From Eubacteriales bacterium (GTDB taxonomy: Bacteria > Bacillota > Clostridia > Oscillospirales > RGIG577), in assembly GCA_050943735.1 (NCBI GenBank), contig JBMNPT010000008.1, positions 15,531 to 79,530 of the forward strand: 64,000 bases of DNA, in the 5' to 3' direction. How positions within the stretch are numbered: position 1 is the first letter of the stretch; every line of letters begins with the position of its first letter. Below, one piece after another: positions 38,162 through 46,977 of this stretch. Under the pieces are notes generated by a model. That model was not told where the DNA came from. It did not search any database and saw only the letters and a program-made list of their open reading frames with translations. The position numbers and the translations under genes were made by a program.

Positions 38162-38917
38162 TCAAATATTCAAATGAATGATATATCTGCTGGCCTGTTT
38201 TGCGGCGTCCGCAAGCAGACGCCGAATCAGCCGCATTTTCTCCTCGTTCCAGCGGAACACCGGCACCGTCACACTGAGAGCGGCCACTGCCCGGCCCTCT
38301 GTTTCCACCGGCACCGCCACGCAGCACACATCCCGGTCGGATTCCTCCCGTTCATAGGCAAACCCGCTGCGCCGCACCTCCCGGCACTCCTCCAGCAGCC
38401 GGTCCACACTGGTGATGGTGTGGGGCGTCAATGGCTCTAATCCCTGGGGATAAAGAGCCTCCAGCTCTGCCTGATCAGTGTCCCGCAGCAGCGCCTTGCC
38501 GATGGCGGTGCCATAGGCGGGAATCCGCCGCCCGATGGTGGACACCATTCGTACCGGATTGGGGGAATCCACCTTGGCCAGATAGAGCACACTGCCGCCC
38601 TCTAGCACCCCCAGATGGCAGGTTTCCCCGCAGGCTTCCACCACTTCCCGCATCAGTGACACCACATTTTCATAGGCGTCGCTGCCGCTGGTGTAACGGC
38701 TGCCTGCTTCGAATAGCCCCACTCCTGCGTGATATCGCTGGGTATCGGGTTGAAAAGCCAGATATTTGTGATCCCGCAAGGTGTGTAGAATGGGGGTAAG
38801 TGTGCTGGCTGGAATGTCCAGTTCATGGGAAATCTGGCTGAGGGTGTATCCCTGCCGGCAGCGGGAAACCAGCTCCAACACCTGAATCACCCGCCAAGTG
38901 GGTTTATGGTCCGCCAT
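38162..38917 (-). CDS. IclR-family regulator
   Basis: N-terminal wHTH; GETCHLG, PAYGTAIGKA, CVAVPV...AALSV. Confidence 0.92.
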   Translation of the reverse strand: MADHKPTWRVIQVLELVSRCRQGYTLSQISHELDIPASTLTPILHTLRDHKYLAFQPDTQRYHAGVGLFEAGSRYTSGSDAYENVVSLMREVVEACGETCHLGVLEGGSVLYLAKVDSPNPVRMVSTIGRRIPAYGTAIGKALLRDTDQAELEALYPQGLEPLTPHTITSVDRLLEECREVRRSGFAYEREESDRDVCCVAVPVETEGRAVAALSVTVPVFRWNEEKMRLIRRLLADAAKQASRYIIHLNI

Positions 38918-38930
38918 TTCCTCGCCGCCT

Positions 38931-38995
38931 TTCGTATATGCGAATAGCATTCATAATTACGAATTGATTGTACCACAGTCTTTCTCCCCTGTCAA
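38931..38995 (-). promoter_or_regulatory. IclR promoter with tandem operators
   Basis: TTGACA-N17-TACAAT; dyads TTCGTATATGCGAA (38931-38944) and TTCATAATTACGAA (38950-38963). Confidence 0.7.
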
Positions 38996-39045
38996 TGCGG
39001 GAAGATACAAAAATCCCGCAGACCAGTAAGGTCCGCGGGATGCTG

Positions 39046-39672
39046 TTACGGCTCGTTGGACATCCCGTAACACAGGGTCATCAGGCTGTCGCTCAAATGC
39101 ACATTTTCAAAACACACGCCATCCCGCTGGATATCCATATTGGAAAAGTTCCAAAAACCGGTGACGCCCAGACCAATCAGCTCATCCACAATGGCGATGG
39201 TCTCTCCCTTGGGTACAGTGAGGATGGCCATATCCACCCGGGTTTCCTGCACCAGCTGGGGAATTTCACTCACATGCCGCACCGGTACCCCATTGATGGT
39301 CCGGCCGATCACTGCGTCGCTCACATCAAAAATGCCCACCAGCTGAAAACCCCGGCGTTTGAAATTGATGTGATTGCTCAGCGCGCGGCCCAGATTGCCG
39401 GCGCCCACCAAAATGGCGTTTTTGATGCGGTCCAGCCCCAAAATGCTGCCGATTTCATTGTACAAAATCTCCACATTGTAGCCGTACCCCTGCTGGCCAA
39501 ACCCGCCGAAGCAATTGAAATCCTGGCGGATCTGAGAGGCAGTGAGTCCCATTTTTTCGCTCAGGTCCTTGGACGACACCTTGGTGATGTCATTGGCCAG
39601 CAATTCGCCCAAATAGCGATGATACCGCGGCAGCCGGCGGACAACGGCCATGGAGACTCTGTCTTTGCTCAT
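39046..39672 (-). CDS. rex: redox-sensing repressor Rex
   Basis: VVRRLPRY.RYL, ASQIRQD...FG.FGQQGYGY, VGAGNLG, WNFS, VHLSDSL. Confidence 0.96.
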   Translation of the reverse strand: MSKDRVSMAVVRRLPRYHRYLGELLANDITKVSSKDLSEKMGLTASQIRQDFNCFGGFGQQGYGYNVEILYNEIGSILGLDRIKNAILVGAGNLGRALSNHINFKRRGFQLVGIFDVSDAVIGRTINGVPVRHVSEIPQLVQETRVDMAILTVPKGETIAIVDELIGLGVTGFWNFSNMDIQRDGVCFENVHLSDSLMTLCYGMSNEP

Positions 39673-39804
39673 ACTGATTCACCCTTTCTAAACGGTCCTG
39701 TAGACCGGCAATTGGCCGGAAGGTTACTCCGCCGGCTATGTTGGCAGCCATGAGGGACCCTTCTTTACAAAGTGCCCCAATTCGCTGTGGTTGGTTCTGC
39801 TTTT

Positions 39805-39833
39805 ATTGTATAAAACTTCTAGCACTTTGTCAA
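39805..39833 (-). promoter_or_regulatory. sigmaA promoter of rex
   Basis: TTGACA-N17-TACAAT. Confidence 0.75.
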
Positions 39834-39873
39834 TCCTGTAACGATGTCTTTGCACCCATCTGGTTGCCAGCTT

Positions 39874-40019
39874 TCATGCACAATCTTTGGTATGTTTGCA
39901 GAGTTTCCACCGGGTATCCACAGTATCCACAATGTTATCCACAGATAAAACCGCCAAACTACGCCTTTTGTTCACACTTTGTTGACATTTAGCGTCACAG
40001 TTCATCCACAGAAGCCACA
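39874..40019 (+). promoter_or_regulatory. DnaA-box cluster
   Basis: Perfect TTATCCACA (39935-39943), one-mismatch GTATCCACA x2 (39914, 39923) and TCATCCACA (40002), plus weaker boxes, all in the same orientation. Confidence 0.8.
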
Positions 40020-40042
40020 GGGCACCGCCGTTTTGGGGCCGT

Positions 40043-41053
40043 TTAGCAGAAATCAATATGTAGTTGTGCCCGTCCATTGAGAGCACTATTTGCAACATGG
40101 CCCGCCAAAAATTCGTAATAAGCCTGGGCTCCGATCATAGCCGCATTGTCTCCGCACAGATGCAGCGGCGGAATACACAGGGTAAAACCCTCCTCTTTGG
40201 CGGCCTGCTGGGCCTTTTCCCGCAAAATGCTGTTGGCGCCCACGCCCCCTGCAATGCACACTGTCCGGGCTCCTGTTTCCCGGGCCGCCCGAGCCAGTTT
40301 ATCACACAGCACACCGGCCACCGCCTCGTTGAAGGAGGCCGCCACATCGGCCCGATTCACCGGCAGACCCTTTTGCTCCTGGTTGTGTACATAATTGATG
40401 ACCGCCGTCTTCACCCCGCTGAAGGAAAAATCATAGGGTGCGTCCTTGAACTGCACCCGGGGGAAGGCAATGGCATCCCGATTGCCCTGCCGGGCCAGCC
40501 GGTCGATCTGCACCCCACCGGGATAACTGAGTCCCAGCACCCGGGCTGCCTTGTCAAAGGCCTCTCCCGCGGCGTCATCCCGGGTACGGCCCAAAATCTC
40601 AAAGGATGTGTAGTCTTTGACCCACACAATGTGGCTGTGTCCCCCCGAAGCCACCAGACACAAAAAAGGCGGAGTCAGCTGGGGGTACTCCAAATAGTTG
40701 GCGGCGATGTGTCCCCGGATGTGATGCACCGGAATGAGGGGTTTGCCGGTAGCTGCCGCCAGTCCCTTTGCAAAATTCACCCCCACCAGCAGCGCGCCGA
40801 TGAGCCCCGGCGCAAAGGTGACTGCAATGGCATCCATATCCCGCAGGATCAGCCCAGCCTCCTCAATGGCCTGCTGCGCCACCTGGCTGATGCACTCACT
40901 GTGCTTGCGGCTGGCGATTTCAGGCACCACCCCTCCATACAGCTTGTGTATTTCAATCTGGCTGGCCACCACATTGGAGAGGATGCGCCGACCATCCTCC
41001 ACCACCGCGCAGGCGGTTTCATCACAGGAACTCTCAATTGCCAATATCCTCAT
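40043..41053 (-). CDS. tsaD: tRNA t6A synthase TsaD (Gcp)
   Basis: [55 protein letters not shown]. Confidence 0.96.
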   Translation of the reverse strand: MRILAIESSCDETACAVVEDGRRILSNVVASQIEIHKLYGGVVPEIASRKHSECISQVAQQAIEEAGLILRDMDAIAVTFAPGLIGALLVGVNFAKGLAAATGKPLIPVHHIRGHIAANYLEYPQLTPPFLCLVASGGHSHIVWVKDYTSFEILGRTRDDAAGEAFDKAARVLGLSYPGGVQIDRLARQGNRDAIAFPRVQFKDAPYDFSFSGVKTAVINYVHNQEQKGLPVNRADVAASFNEAVAGVLCDKLARAARETGARTVCIAGGVGANSILREKAQQAAKEEGFTLCIPPLHLCGDNAAMIGAQAYYEFLAGHVANSALNGRAQLHIDFC

Positions 41054-41065
41054 CGTTCTTCCTCC

Positions 41066-41275
41066 TCAGTTGAGCACCATCACGCCCATCATACAGCAGC
41101 AGATCCCCATGGAGATCCACACCACTTCCCGCTGCTGCTCCTTCATCTCCTGTTCCAGCGGTTCTCCCGCTTTGAGCCGCCGGCTCAATTCCGCATACCG
41201 TTTGCGCGCGCGAAAATACAGAAACAAAAGCCCACCGCCCAAAATCCAGCAGGCCCAGTTCAACAGAGTTTCCAT
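41066..41275 (-). CDS. small two-TM hypothetical protein
   Basis: TGATG overlap with the rimI stop; 69 aa with two hydrophobic segments. Confidence 0.55.
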   Translation of the reverse strand: METLLNWACWILGGGLLFLYFRARKRYAELSRRLKAGEPLEQEMKEQQREVVWISMGICCCMMGVMVLN

Positions 41276-41721
41276 CAGCCCACTCCCTTCTTCCACCAGC
41301 TCATCAAAACAGCGTCTTCCACCGGCTGCCGATAATACTTTTTGCGCCGGCCTTCCTCTATAAATCCCATCTCTTCATACAGCCTCCGGGCAGGCTGGTT
41401 GCTCTCCCGCACCTCCAGCATGAGCCGCTCCACACCGCGTCCGGCACACTGCTCCAGCATGGCCTGCACCAACCGGCGGGCGATGCCCTGCCGGCGGGCC
41501 TGCGGGGCCACCGCCACCTGCATCACATCCGCCTCGGGCCCCATCAGCCGGATGCCCATATACCCCAGCACCTGGTCGCCTTCTATGGCTGTCAGCCAGC
41601 AGGCGTCGGGGTTTTCCAGTTCCTCTTCCAGCTGCGCCCGGCTCCATGGATCGGAAAAGCACTGCTGTTCCAGACGGCTAACCGCATCCACGTCTTCCGG
41701 CTGCATATTTCGTATTTCCAT
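41275..41721 (-). CDS. rimI: RimI-like N-acetyltransferase
   Basis: LEQQCFSDPWS, VAV.P.ARRQGIA, LEVRESN.PA..LY...GF, RKKYY..P.EDA. Confidence 0.9.
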   Translation of the reverse strand: MEIRNMQPEDVDAVSRLEQQCFSDPWSRAQLEEELENPDACWLTAIEGDQVLGYMGIRLMGPEADVMQVAVAPQARRQGIARRLVQAMLEQCAGRGVERLMLEVRESNQPARRLYEEMGFIEEGRRKKYYRQPVEDAVLMSWWKKGVG

Positions 41722-41725
41722 ATCC

Positions 41726-44293
41726 TCACCCCTTGGCACTGAACCAGCTGTCACCGGTGTGCATGTCCACCTCCAGCGCCACTCGCAGCTGGCAGGCATG
41801 TTCCATCTTATCCCGCAAGATGGCCTGTACCTCTTCCAGCTCTTCCCGCCAGGTGTTGATGATCAGCTCATCGTGCACCTGCAGCACCAGATAGGAACGC
41901 AGCCCCCGAGCTTTCAGCTCCCGGTACACCTCCACCATGGCAATTTTAATAATATCCGCGGCCGTTCCCTGAATGGGGGTATTCATGGCGCACCGTTTGC
42001 CAAATTCCCGAATGTTGTGATTTTTGCTCTGCAACTCCGGAATATACCGCCGGCGGCCGAACAGCGTGGTCACATACCCATCCTGTTTGGCCTGCTCCAC
42101 CACCTGCTGCATGTATTCCCGCACACCGTGGTAGGTGGAAAGATAGCTGTCAATGTAATGTTTGGCTTCTTTGCGGGAAATATGCAAGTCCTCCGCCAAC
42201 GAAAAATCTCCGATGCCGTAGACAATGCCGAAATTCACCGCTTTGGCACTGCTGCGCATCTGGGGAGTGACCTCCTGCAGCGGCACGCCAAAGGCGGTGG
42301 ATGCGGTGAGGGCATGGATGTCCACCCCCCGGGCGAAGGCGTCGATCATGGTTTCATCCTGAGCGATGTGGGCCAGCACCCGCAATTCAATCTGGCTGTA
42401 GTCCGCATCCAGCAATACGCAGCCCTCTTCAGGTACAAAGACCTTGCGTACCTCCCGGCCCATTTCCAGCCGTACCGGAATGTTCTGCAAATTGGGCTCG
42501 GTGGAAGACAGCCGTCCGGTCTGGGTGATGGTCTGGTTGAAGGAGGAGTGAATCCGTCCGTCCGGCCCCAGCACCGCCAACAGACCGTCCACATAGGTGG
42601 ACTTGAGTTTGGTGAGCTGGCGGTACTGCACAATGGCCTCGGCAATGGGATGATACCGCACTAGCTTGTTCATCACGTCGATATCGGTGGAGTAGCCGGT
42701 CTTGGTCTTTTTGATCACCGGCAGCCCCAGTTTTTCAAAGAGGATGACCCCCAGCTGTTTGGGAGAGTGAATGTTGAATTCCTCGCCCGCCAGCTCATAT
42801 ACCTGCTGTCGGACTGCCTCAATGCCACCGTCCAGCTGCTGACCGAATTGCTCCAGCATGGAGGCGTTGACCGCAAATCCCCGGTTTTCCATATCGGCCA
42901 GTACTTCACAGAGGGGCTGTTCCACTTCATAGTACAGCTGGTGCTGACCGTTGTCCTCCACTTCCTGCATCAGCCTGTCCGCCAGACGGGGAATTCCCCG
43001 CAGACCAGCGGCAATATACGCTTCATCCCGACCGGTTTTCTTGTCCAGGGGAATGTCCACTCCCAAATACAGCCGGTTGAGCTCCGCCAGCTCATAACTG
43101 CTGCGGGAGGGATCTGCCAGATAAGCCCCCACAAAAATGTCAAAGGTACAGGAGGGGGGCTCTATGCCCAGCTGCTGCAACTCCACCAACAAACTCTTCC
43201 AGTCATGCACATACCAGGGGCCTTCCAGCTTGCAGACCTGGGCCAACAATGGGGAATAGTCCTCCCGTTCCCGGGCCAGCAGCCGCACCTCATTTCCATC
43301 GGAAAATCCCCAGCCGCCATCGTACCGGGCCGCGCACACACAGGCCCACTTGGCCAGTTGTTCCGGCCGCTCCAATGGCTCCCAGTCCGCCTGTACCCCA
43401 CAGGGTGCTGGCTCCGGCTCCGCCGGCTCACTGCACATCCGGGTGATGAGCTGTTTGAGTTCCAGCTTTTCCAGCAGAGGACGCAGAGCCCCCTGGTCAT
43501 AGGACTGCAGAGCGGCCTCTTCCAGCCGGAATTCCAGCGGCACATGGGTGTCGATGGTGGCCAGTTCATAGCTCAGATATGCCATTTCCCGTCCTTCCAG
43601 CAGTTTTTTCTTCACACCCGGTTTTTCGTCGCTCTGCTCCAGCGCTTCATACAGGGCTTCCACCGTTCCATACTTCTCCAAGAGGCGCTGGGCGGTTTTT
43701 TCGCCTATCCCCGCCACCCCGGGAATGTTGTCGCTGCTGTCCCCCATCAGCGCCTTCAGGTCAATCATCCCGCTGGGCGGCAGATGGTACTTCTCCCGAA
43801 AGCTCTCCTCATCCATCACTGTGGTGGTGGTCTGCCCCATACGGGTGGTGATCAGCTGCACCTTTACCAGGGGGCCAATGAGCTGCAAATCGTCCTTGTC
43901 CCCGGTGACAATGTGGCACTCCACTTCCTGTTCCGCACACATGCGGGCTACAGTGCCAATGATGTCATCCGCCTCGTACCGGGGCAGCTCCAGCTGCCGT
44001 ACCCGCATAGCAGAAAGCACCTCTTTCAGCAGTGGCAGCTGCATGGCCAGCTCTTCCGGCATGCCGGTACGCTGGGCCTTGTACCCCTCATACCTCTCAT
44101 GGCGGAAGGTGGGTTCCCGGCGGTCAAAAGCCACGCAGACACAGTCCGGTTTCAGCTCCTCCAAAAATTTCAGGTAAATATTCAAAAAACCGTAGATGGC
44201 GTTGGTATAGACTCCCTCCCGATTGGAGAGCAGCCGGATGCCGTAAAACGCCCGGTTGATAATGCTGTTTCCATCAAAGATGACCAGTTTCAT
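41726..44293 (-). CDS. polA: DNA polymerase I
   Basis: DGNSIINRAFY 5'-3' exonuclease; TGRLSS..PNLQNIP, DYSQIELR, KAVNFGIVYG, QVHDEL. Confidence 0.97.
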   Translation of the reverse strand: MKLVIFDGNSIINRAFYGIRLLSNREGVYTNAIYGFLNIYLKFLEELKPDCVCVAFDRREPTFRHERYEGYKAQRTGMPEELAMQLPLLKEVLSAMRVRQLELPRYEADDIIGTVARMCAEQEVECHIVTGDKDDLQLIGPLVKVQLITTRMGQTTTTVMDEESFREKYHLPPSGMIDLKALMGDSSDNIPGVAGIGEKTAQRLLEKYGTVEALYEALEQSDEKPGVKKKLLEGREMAYLSYELATIDTHVPLEFRLEEAALQSYDQGALRPLLEKLELKQLITRMCSEPAEPEPAPCGVQADWEPLERPEQLAKWACVCAARYDGGWGFSDGNEVRLLAREREDYSPLLAQVCKLEGPWYVHDWKSLLVELQQLGIEPPSCTFDIFVGAYLADPSRSSYELAELNRLYLGVDIPLDKKTGRDEAYIAAGLRGIPRLADRLMQEVEDNGQHQLYYEVEQPLCEVLADMENRGFAVNASMLEQFGQQLDGGIEAVRQQVYELAGEEFNIHSPKQLGVILFEKLGLPVIKKTKTGYSTDIDVMNKLVRYHPIAEAIVQYRQLTKLKSTYVDGLLAVLGPDGRIHSSFNQTITQTGRLSSTEPNLQNIPVRLEMGREVRKVFVPEEGCVLLDADYSQIELRVLAHIAQDETMIDAFARGVDIHALTASTAFGVPLQEVTPQMRSSAKAVNFGIVYGIGDFSLAEDLHISRKEAKHYIDSYLSTYHGVREYMQQVVEQAKQDGYVTTLFGRRRYIPELQSKNHNIREFGKRCAMNTPIQGTAADIIKIAMVEVYRELKARGLRSYLVLQVHDELIINTWREELEEVQAILRDKMEHACQLRVALEVDMHTGDSWFSAKG

Positions 44294-44714
44294 GGCTAGT
44301 ACTCCCTTCCCTGCCCGCGCCTCCCCCCCGATTTTCCCATGGGTGGAAGGGCAAAGTGCCCGCAGCGGCGGCCATTGCCCCGCAATGGTTCTCCGGCTTC
44401 GCCGGCCCCCTGCGCGCCTTGGGCGCACAGGGCCGCTGCGGTTATTATACCACAAATCCCATGGAAAATCGTGGCGTTTGGGGCAAAAAATCCATTTGTT
44501 TTTGTGTTTTATTCTGTAAAACGCCGTTACGTGATTTGAAATTAAATTGAGAAAATCATTGAATCCCCCAGCAATCTATGGTAAAATAAAGCCAACAGGA
44601 TATCACTGACCCGCCCACAGGACATACCCCCGGAGGATTCCCCGTGCTGCGGGCTTTTTTGTCAGTGCTGAGAAAATTTCAGTCACCAATCATTCAAAAG
44701 GAGGATTTCAAAAC

Positions 44715-45815
44715 ATGCTGGATCTGAAGCTGAGAGACAAGAAGGACTGCTATTTTGATGAACTTTCCCTGGGCGAAGTTATGCTGCGGTTCGATCCCGG
44801 CGAATATCGTGTAAAGGTGGCCCGTAACTTCCGGGTTTCCGAAGGCGGCGGCGAATACAATGTGGCCAGAGGCCTGAAAAAGTGCTTTGGCATGCGCACC
44901 GGCGTCATCACCGCGCTGGCTAAGAACGACGTAGGCGTGCTGGTAGAAGACTGCATCATGCAGGGCGGCGTGGACACCAGCCTCATCAAATGGGTGGACT
45001 TTGACGGCGTGGGCCGTACCGTCCGCAATGGTCTGAACTTTGTGGAACGGGGCTATGGCAAGCGGGGCGCGCTGAGCGTATCTGACCGCGGCCTGACCGC
45101 CATCTCCCAGGTGAAGCCCGGTGATTTTGACTGGGACTACATCTTTGGCGAACTGGGTGCCCGTTGGCTGCACACCGGCGGTATCTTTGCCGCTCTGAGC
45201 GAATCTTCCGCTGAAACCTGCATCGAAGCCGTAAAGAAGGCCAAGCAGTACGGCACTGTGATCTCCTACGACCTGAACTACCGTCCTTCTCTGTGGAAGA
45301 GCATCGGCGGACAGGCCAAGGCTCAGGAAGTGAACAAGGAAATTGCCAAGTACATCGACGTGATGATCGGCAATGAGGAAGATTTCACCGCCTGCCTGGG
45401 CTTTGAAGTGGAAGGCAACGATGCCAACCTGAAGGAACTGAACATCGAAGGCTACAAGAAGATGATGGACCAGGTGGTAAAGACCTACCCCAACTTCAAG
45501 GTAATGGCCACCACCCTGCGTACCGTAAAGACCGCTACCATCAATGACTGGAGCGCTCTTTGCTGGGCTGACGGCACCATTTACAAGGCCAACCAGTACG
45601 ACGGTCTGGAAATCATGGACCGTGTGGGCGGCGGCGACAGCTTTGCTTCCGGCCTGATCTATGGTCTGATGACCACCGGCGACGCTGAGAAGGCTGTAAA
45701 CTACGGCGCAGCTCATGGCGCACTGGCTATGACCACTCCCGGCGATACCTCCATGGCTTCCAAGGCTGAAGTGGAAAAGCTGATGGGCGGCGGCAGCGCT
45801 CGTGTGGATCGCTGA
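44715..45815 (+). CDS. kdgK: 2-keto-3-deoxygluconate kinase-like PfkB kinase
   Basis: LGEVMLR.DPG, GGGEYNVA, HTGGIFAAL, YDLNYR..LW, DRVGGGDSF; promoter TTGAAT-N17-TAAAAT at 44559-44587. Confidence 0.85.
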   Translation: MLDLKLRDKKDCYFDELSLGEVMLRFDPGEYRVKVARNFRVSEGGGEYNVARGLKKCFGMRTGVITALAKNDVGVLVEDCIMQGGVDTSLIKWVDFDGVGRTVRNGLNFVERGYGKRGALSVSDRGLTAISQVKPGDFDWDYIFGELGARWLHTGGIFAALSESSAETCIEAVKKAKQYGTVISYDLNYRPSLWKSIGGQAKAQEVNKEIAKYIDVMIGNEEDFTACLGFEVEGNDANLKELNIEGYKKMMDQVVKTYPNFKVMATTLRTVKTATINDWSALCWADGTIYKANQYDGLEIMDRVGGGDSFASGLIYGLMTTGDAEKAVNYGAAHGALAMTTPGDTSMASKAEVEKLMGGGSARVDR

Positions 45816-45833
45816 TTTTCTCCAACTGAATAC

Positions 45834-45869
45834 AAAAAGCAGAGGCGTTTGCCTCTGCTTTTTCTTTTT
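45834..45869. terminator. bidirectional terminator
   Basis: AAAAAGCAGAGGC-GTTT-GCCTCTGCTTTTT. Confidence 0.88.
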
Positions 45870-46528
45870 CAATCCACCAGTTCTTCTACCGTCCAGTGAA
45901 TCCCCAGCAGCACCGCGATGAGCACCAGCCACACACTCCAGTGCAGCACCAGCGCGGGCCCGGTAATCCACACCCGCAGGGCAGTCACCACAATGAAAAA
46001 CGCCACCAGCAGCACAAAAAGCTTCCAATTTTGCAGGGGCGGCCGTTGTTCAAAGCTGGTGCGGCACACCAGCTGCACCACCGCTGTGGCGGCCAGTACA
46101 ATAAGCAGCCAGCTGAGTCCCTCTCCCAATGTCATGGACAGCATCGGCCACTGCCCTTTGGCCCCGGCCAATGCCTCGATGCCGGAAAAAATCGCCTGAA
46201 TGCCCGCTACCACCGCCAGTACCAGACAAAGCCCACCCAGGGCCGACACCCACCGCCGCCAGGGAGCGGGCTTTGGCAATTCTTCCACCACGCTGTCGCA
46301 AAAGGCCCGATAATCCTCTCCAATCACTTCACTGGCCGAGGCACCCCGGGCCTCCCCCTCCAGTAGCATCTGCAAAATATCCCGATGCACCTGCTCCTGC
46401 TGCCAGGTGGAAAGCGCACTCCCCCGCAGGTACACCACCACATCGGTGAGGACCTGTTCATTCTGCTGACCCAGCTGCTGAGCAAGCCGCTGGTTTTCCT
46501 GCAATAACGCTTTGGTTTTCCGATTCAT
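45869..46528 (-). CDS. DUF1048/DUF1129-like membrane protein (PadR partner)
   Basis: D...YLR, DIL.M..E...G.....VIGEDY..FC followed by 4 TM. Confidence 0.75.
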   Translation of the reverse strand: MNRKTKALLQENQRLAQQLGQQNEQVLTDVVVYLRGSALSTWQQEQVHRDILQMLLEGEARGASASEVIGEDYRAFCDSVVEELPKPAPWRRWVSALGGLCLVLAVVAGIQAIFSGIEALAGAKGQWPMLSMTLGEGLSWLLIVLAATAVVQLVCRTSFEQRPPLQNWKLFVLLVAFFIVVTALRVWITGPALVLHWSVWLVLIAVLLGIHWTVEELVD

Positions 46529-46857
46529 ACCGCACCTCCTGTATGGTTCTTCAGCCGTTCCACCGCCCGGGTGAGTTCCTCATAATGGGCAAAAAAAGCG
46601 TCCCGCTCCATCTCCCCCTGCTGTGTGAGACGATAGTACTTGCGTTTGGGCCCCACCTCGGACTGGCGATACCGGGCGGTAATCAGCCCGTTTTTTTCCA
46701 GTCTCAGCAACAGGGGGTAGATGGTTCCCTCCACAATGGCCCCAAAGCCATACTCTTCCAACTGCCGGGAAATCTCGTACCCATAGGTTTCCTGCCGGCC
46801 AATGATGGCCAAAATACACCCTTCCAATGTCCCTTTGAGCATCTGCGAAGGAATCAT
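46525..46857 (-). CDS. PadR-family regulator
   Basis: SQMLKG.LEGCIL, TYGYEI, EGTIYPLL.RLEK, GPKRKYY. Confidence 0.93.
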   Translation of the reverse strand: MIPSQMLKGTLEGCILAIIGRQETYGYEISRQLEEYGFGAIVEGTIYPLLLRLEKNGLITARYRQSEVGPKRKYYRLTQQGEMERDAFFAHYEELTRAVERLKNHTGGAV

Positions 46858-46865
46858 TTCCTCAC

Positions 46866-46923
46866 CTACCTTGTAATGCAATGTAGTTTAGTATATTGTA
46901 TTACAAGGTATGTGCTTTGTCAA
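46866..46923 (-). promoter_or_regulatory. PadR promoter with long inverted-repeat operator
   Basis: TTGACA-N17-TACAAT; TACCTTGTAATGCAATGTA / TATATTGTATTACAAGGTA dyad. Confidence 0.72.
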
Positions 46924-46977
46924 CCCCCATACAAAAACCGGCGGAGCAGAAGAGACGTTCTGCTCCGCCGGTGCCTA

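Noticed and set aside
39806-39825. Rex autoregulatory box in the rex promoter
   Set aside because: TTGTATAAAACTTCTAGCA matches only half of TTGTTAA-N4-TTAACAA
39874-40019. oriC interpretation of the DnaA boxes
   Set aside because: No dnaA/dnaN, no obvious AT-rich unwinding element, and genes stay on the minus strand on both sides
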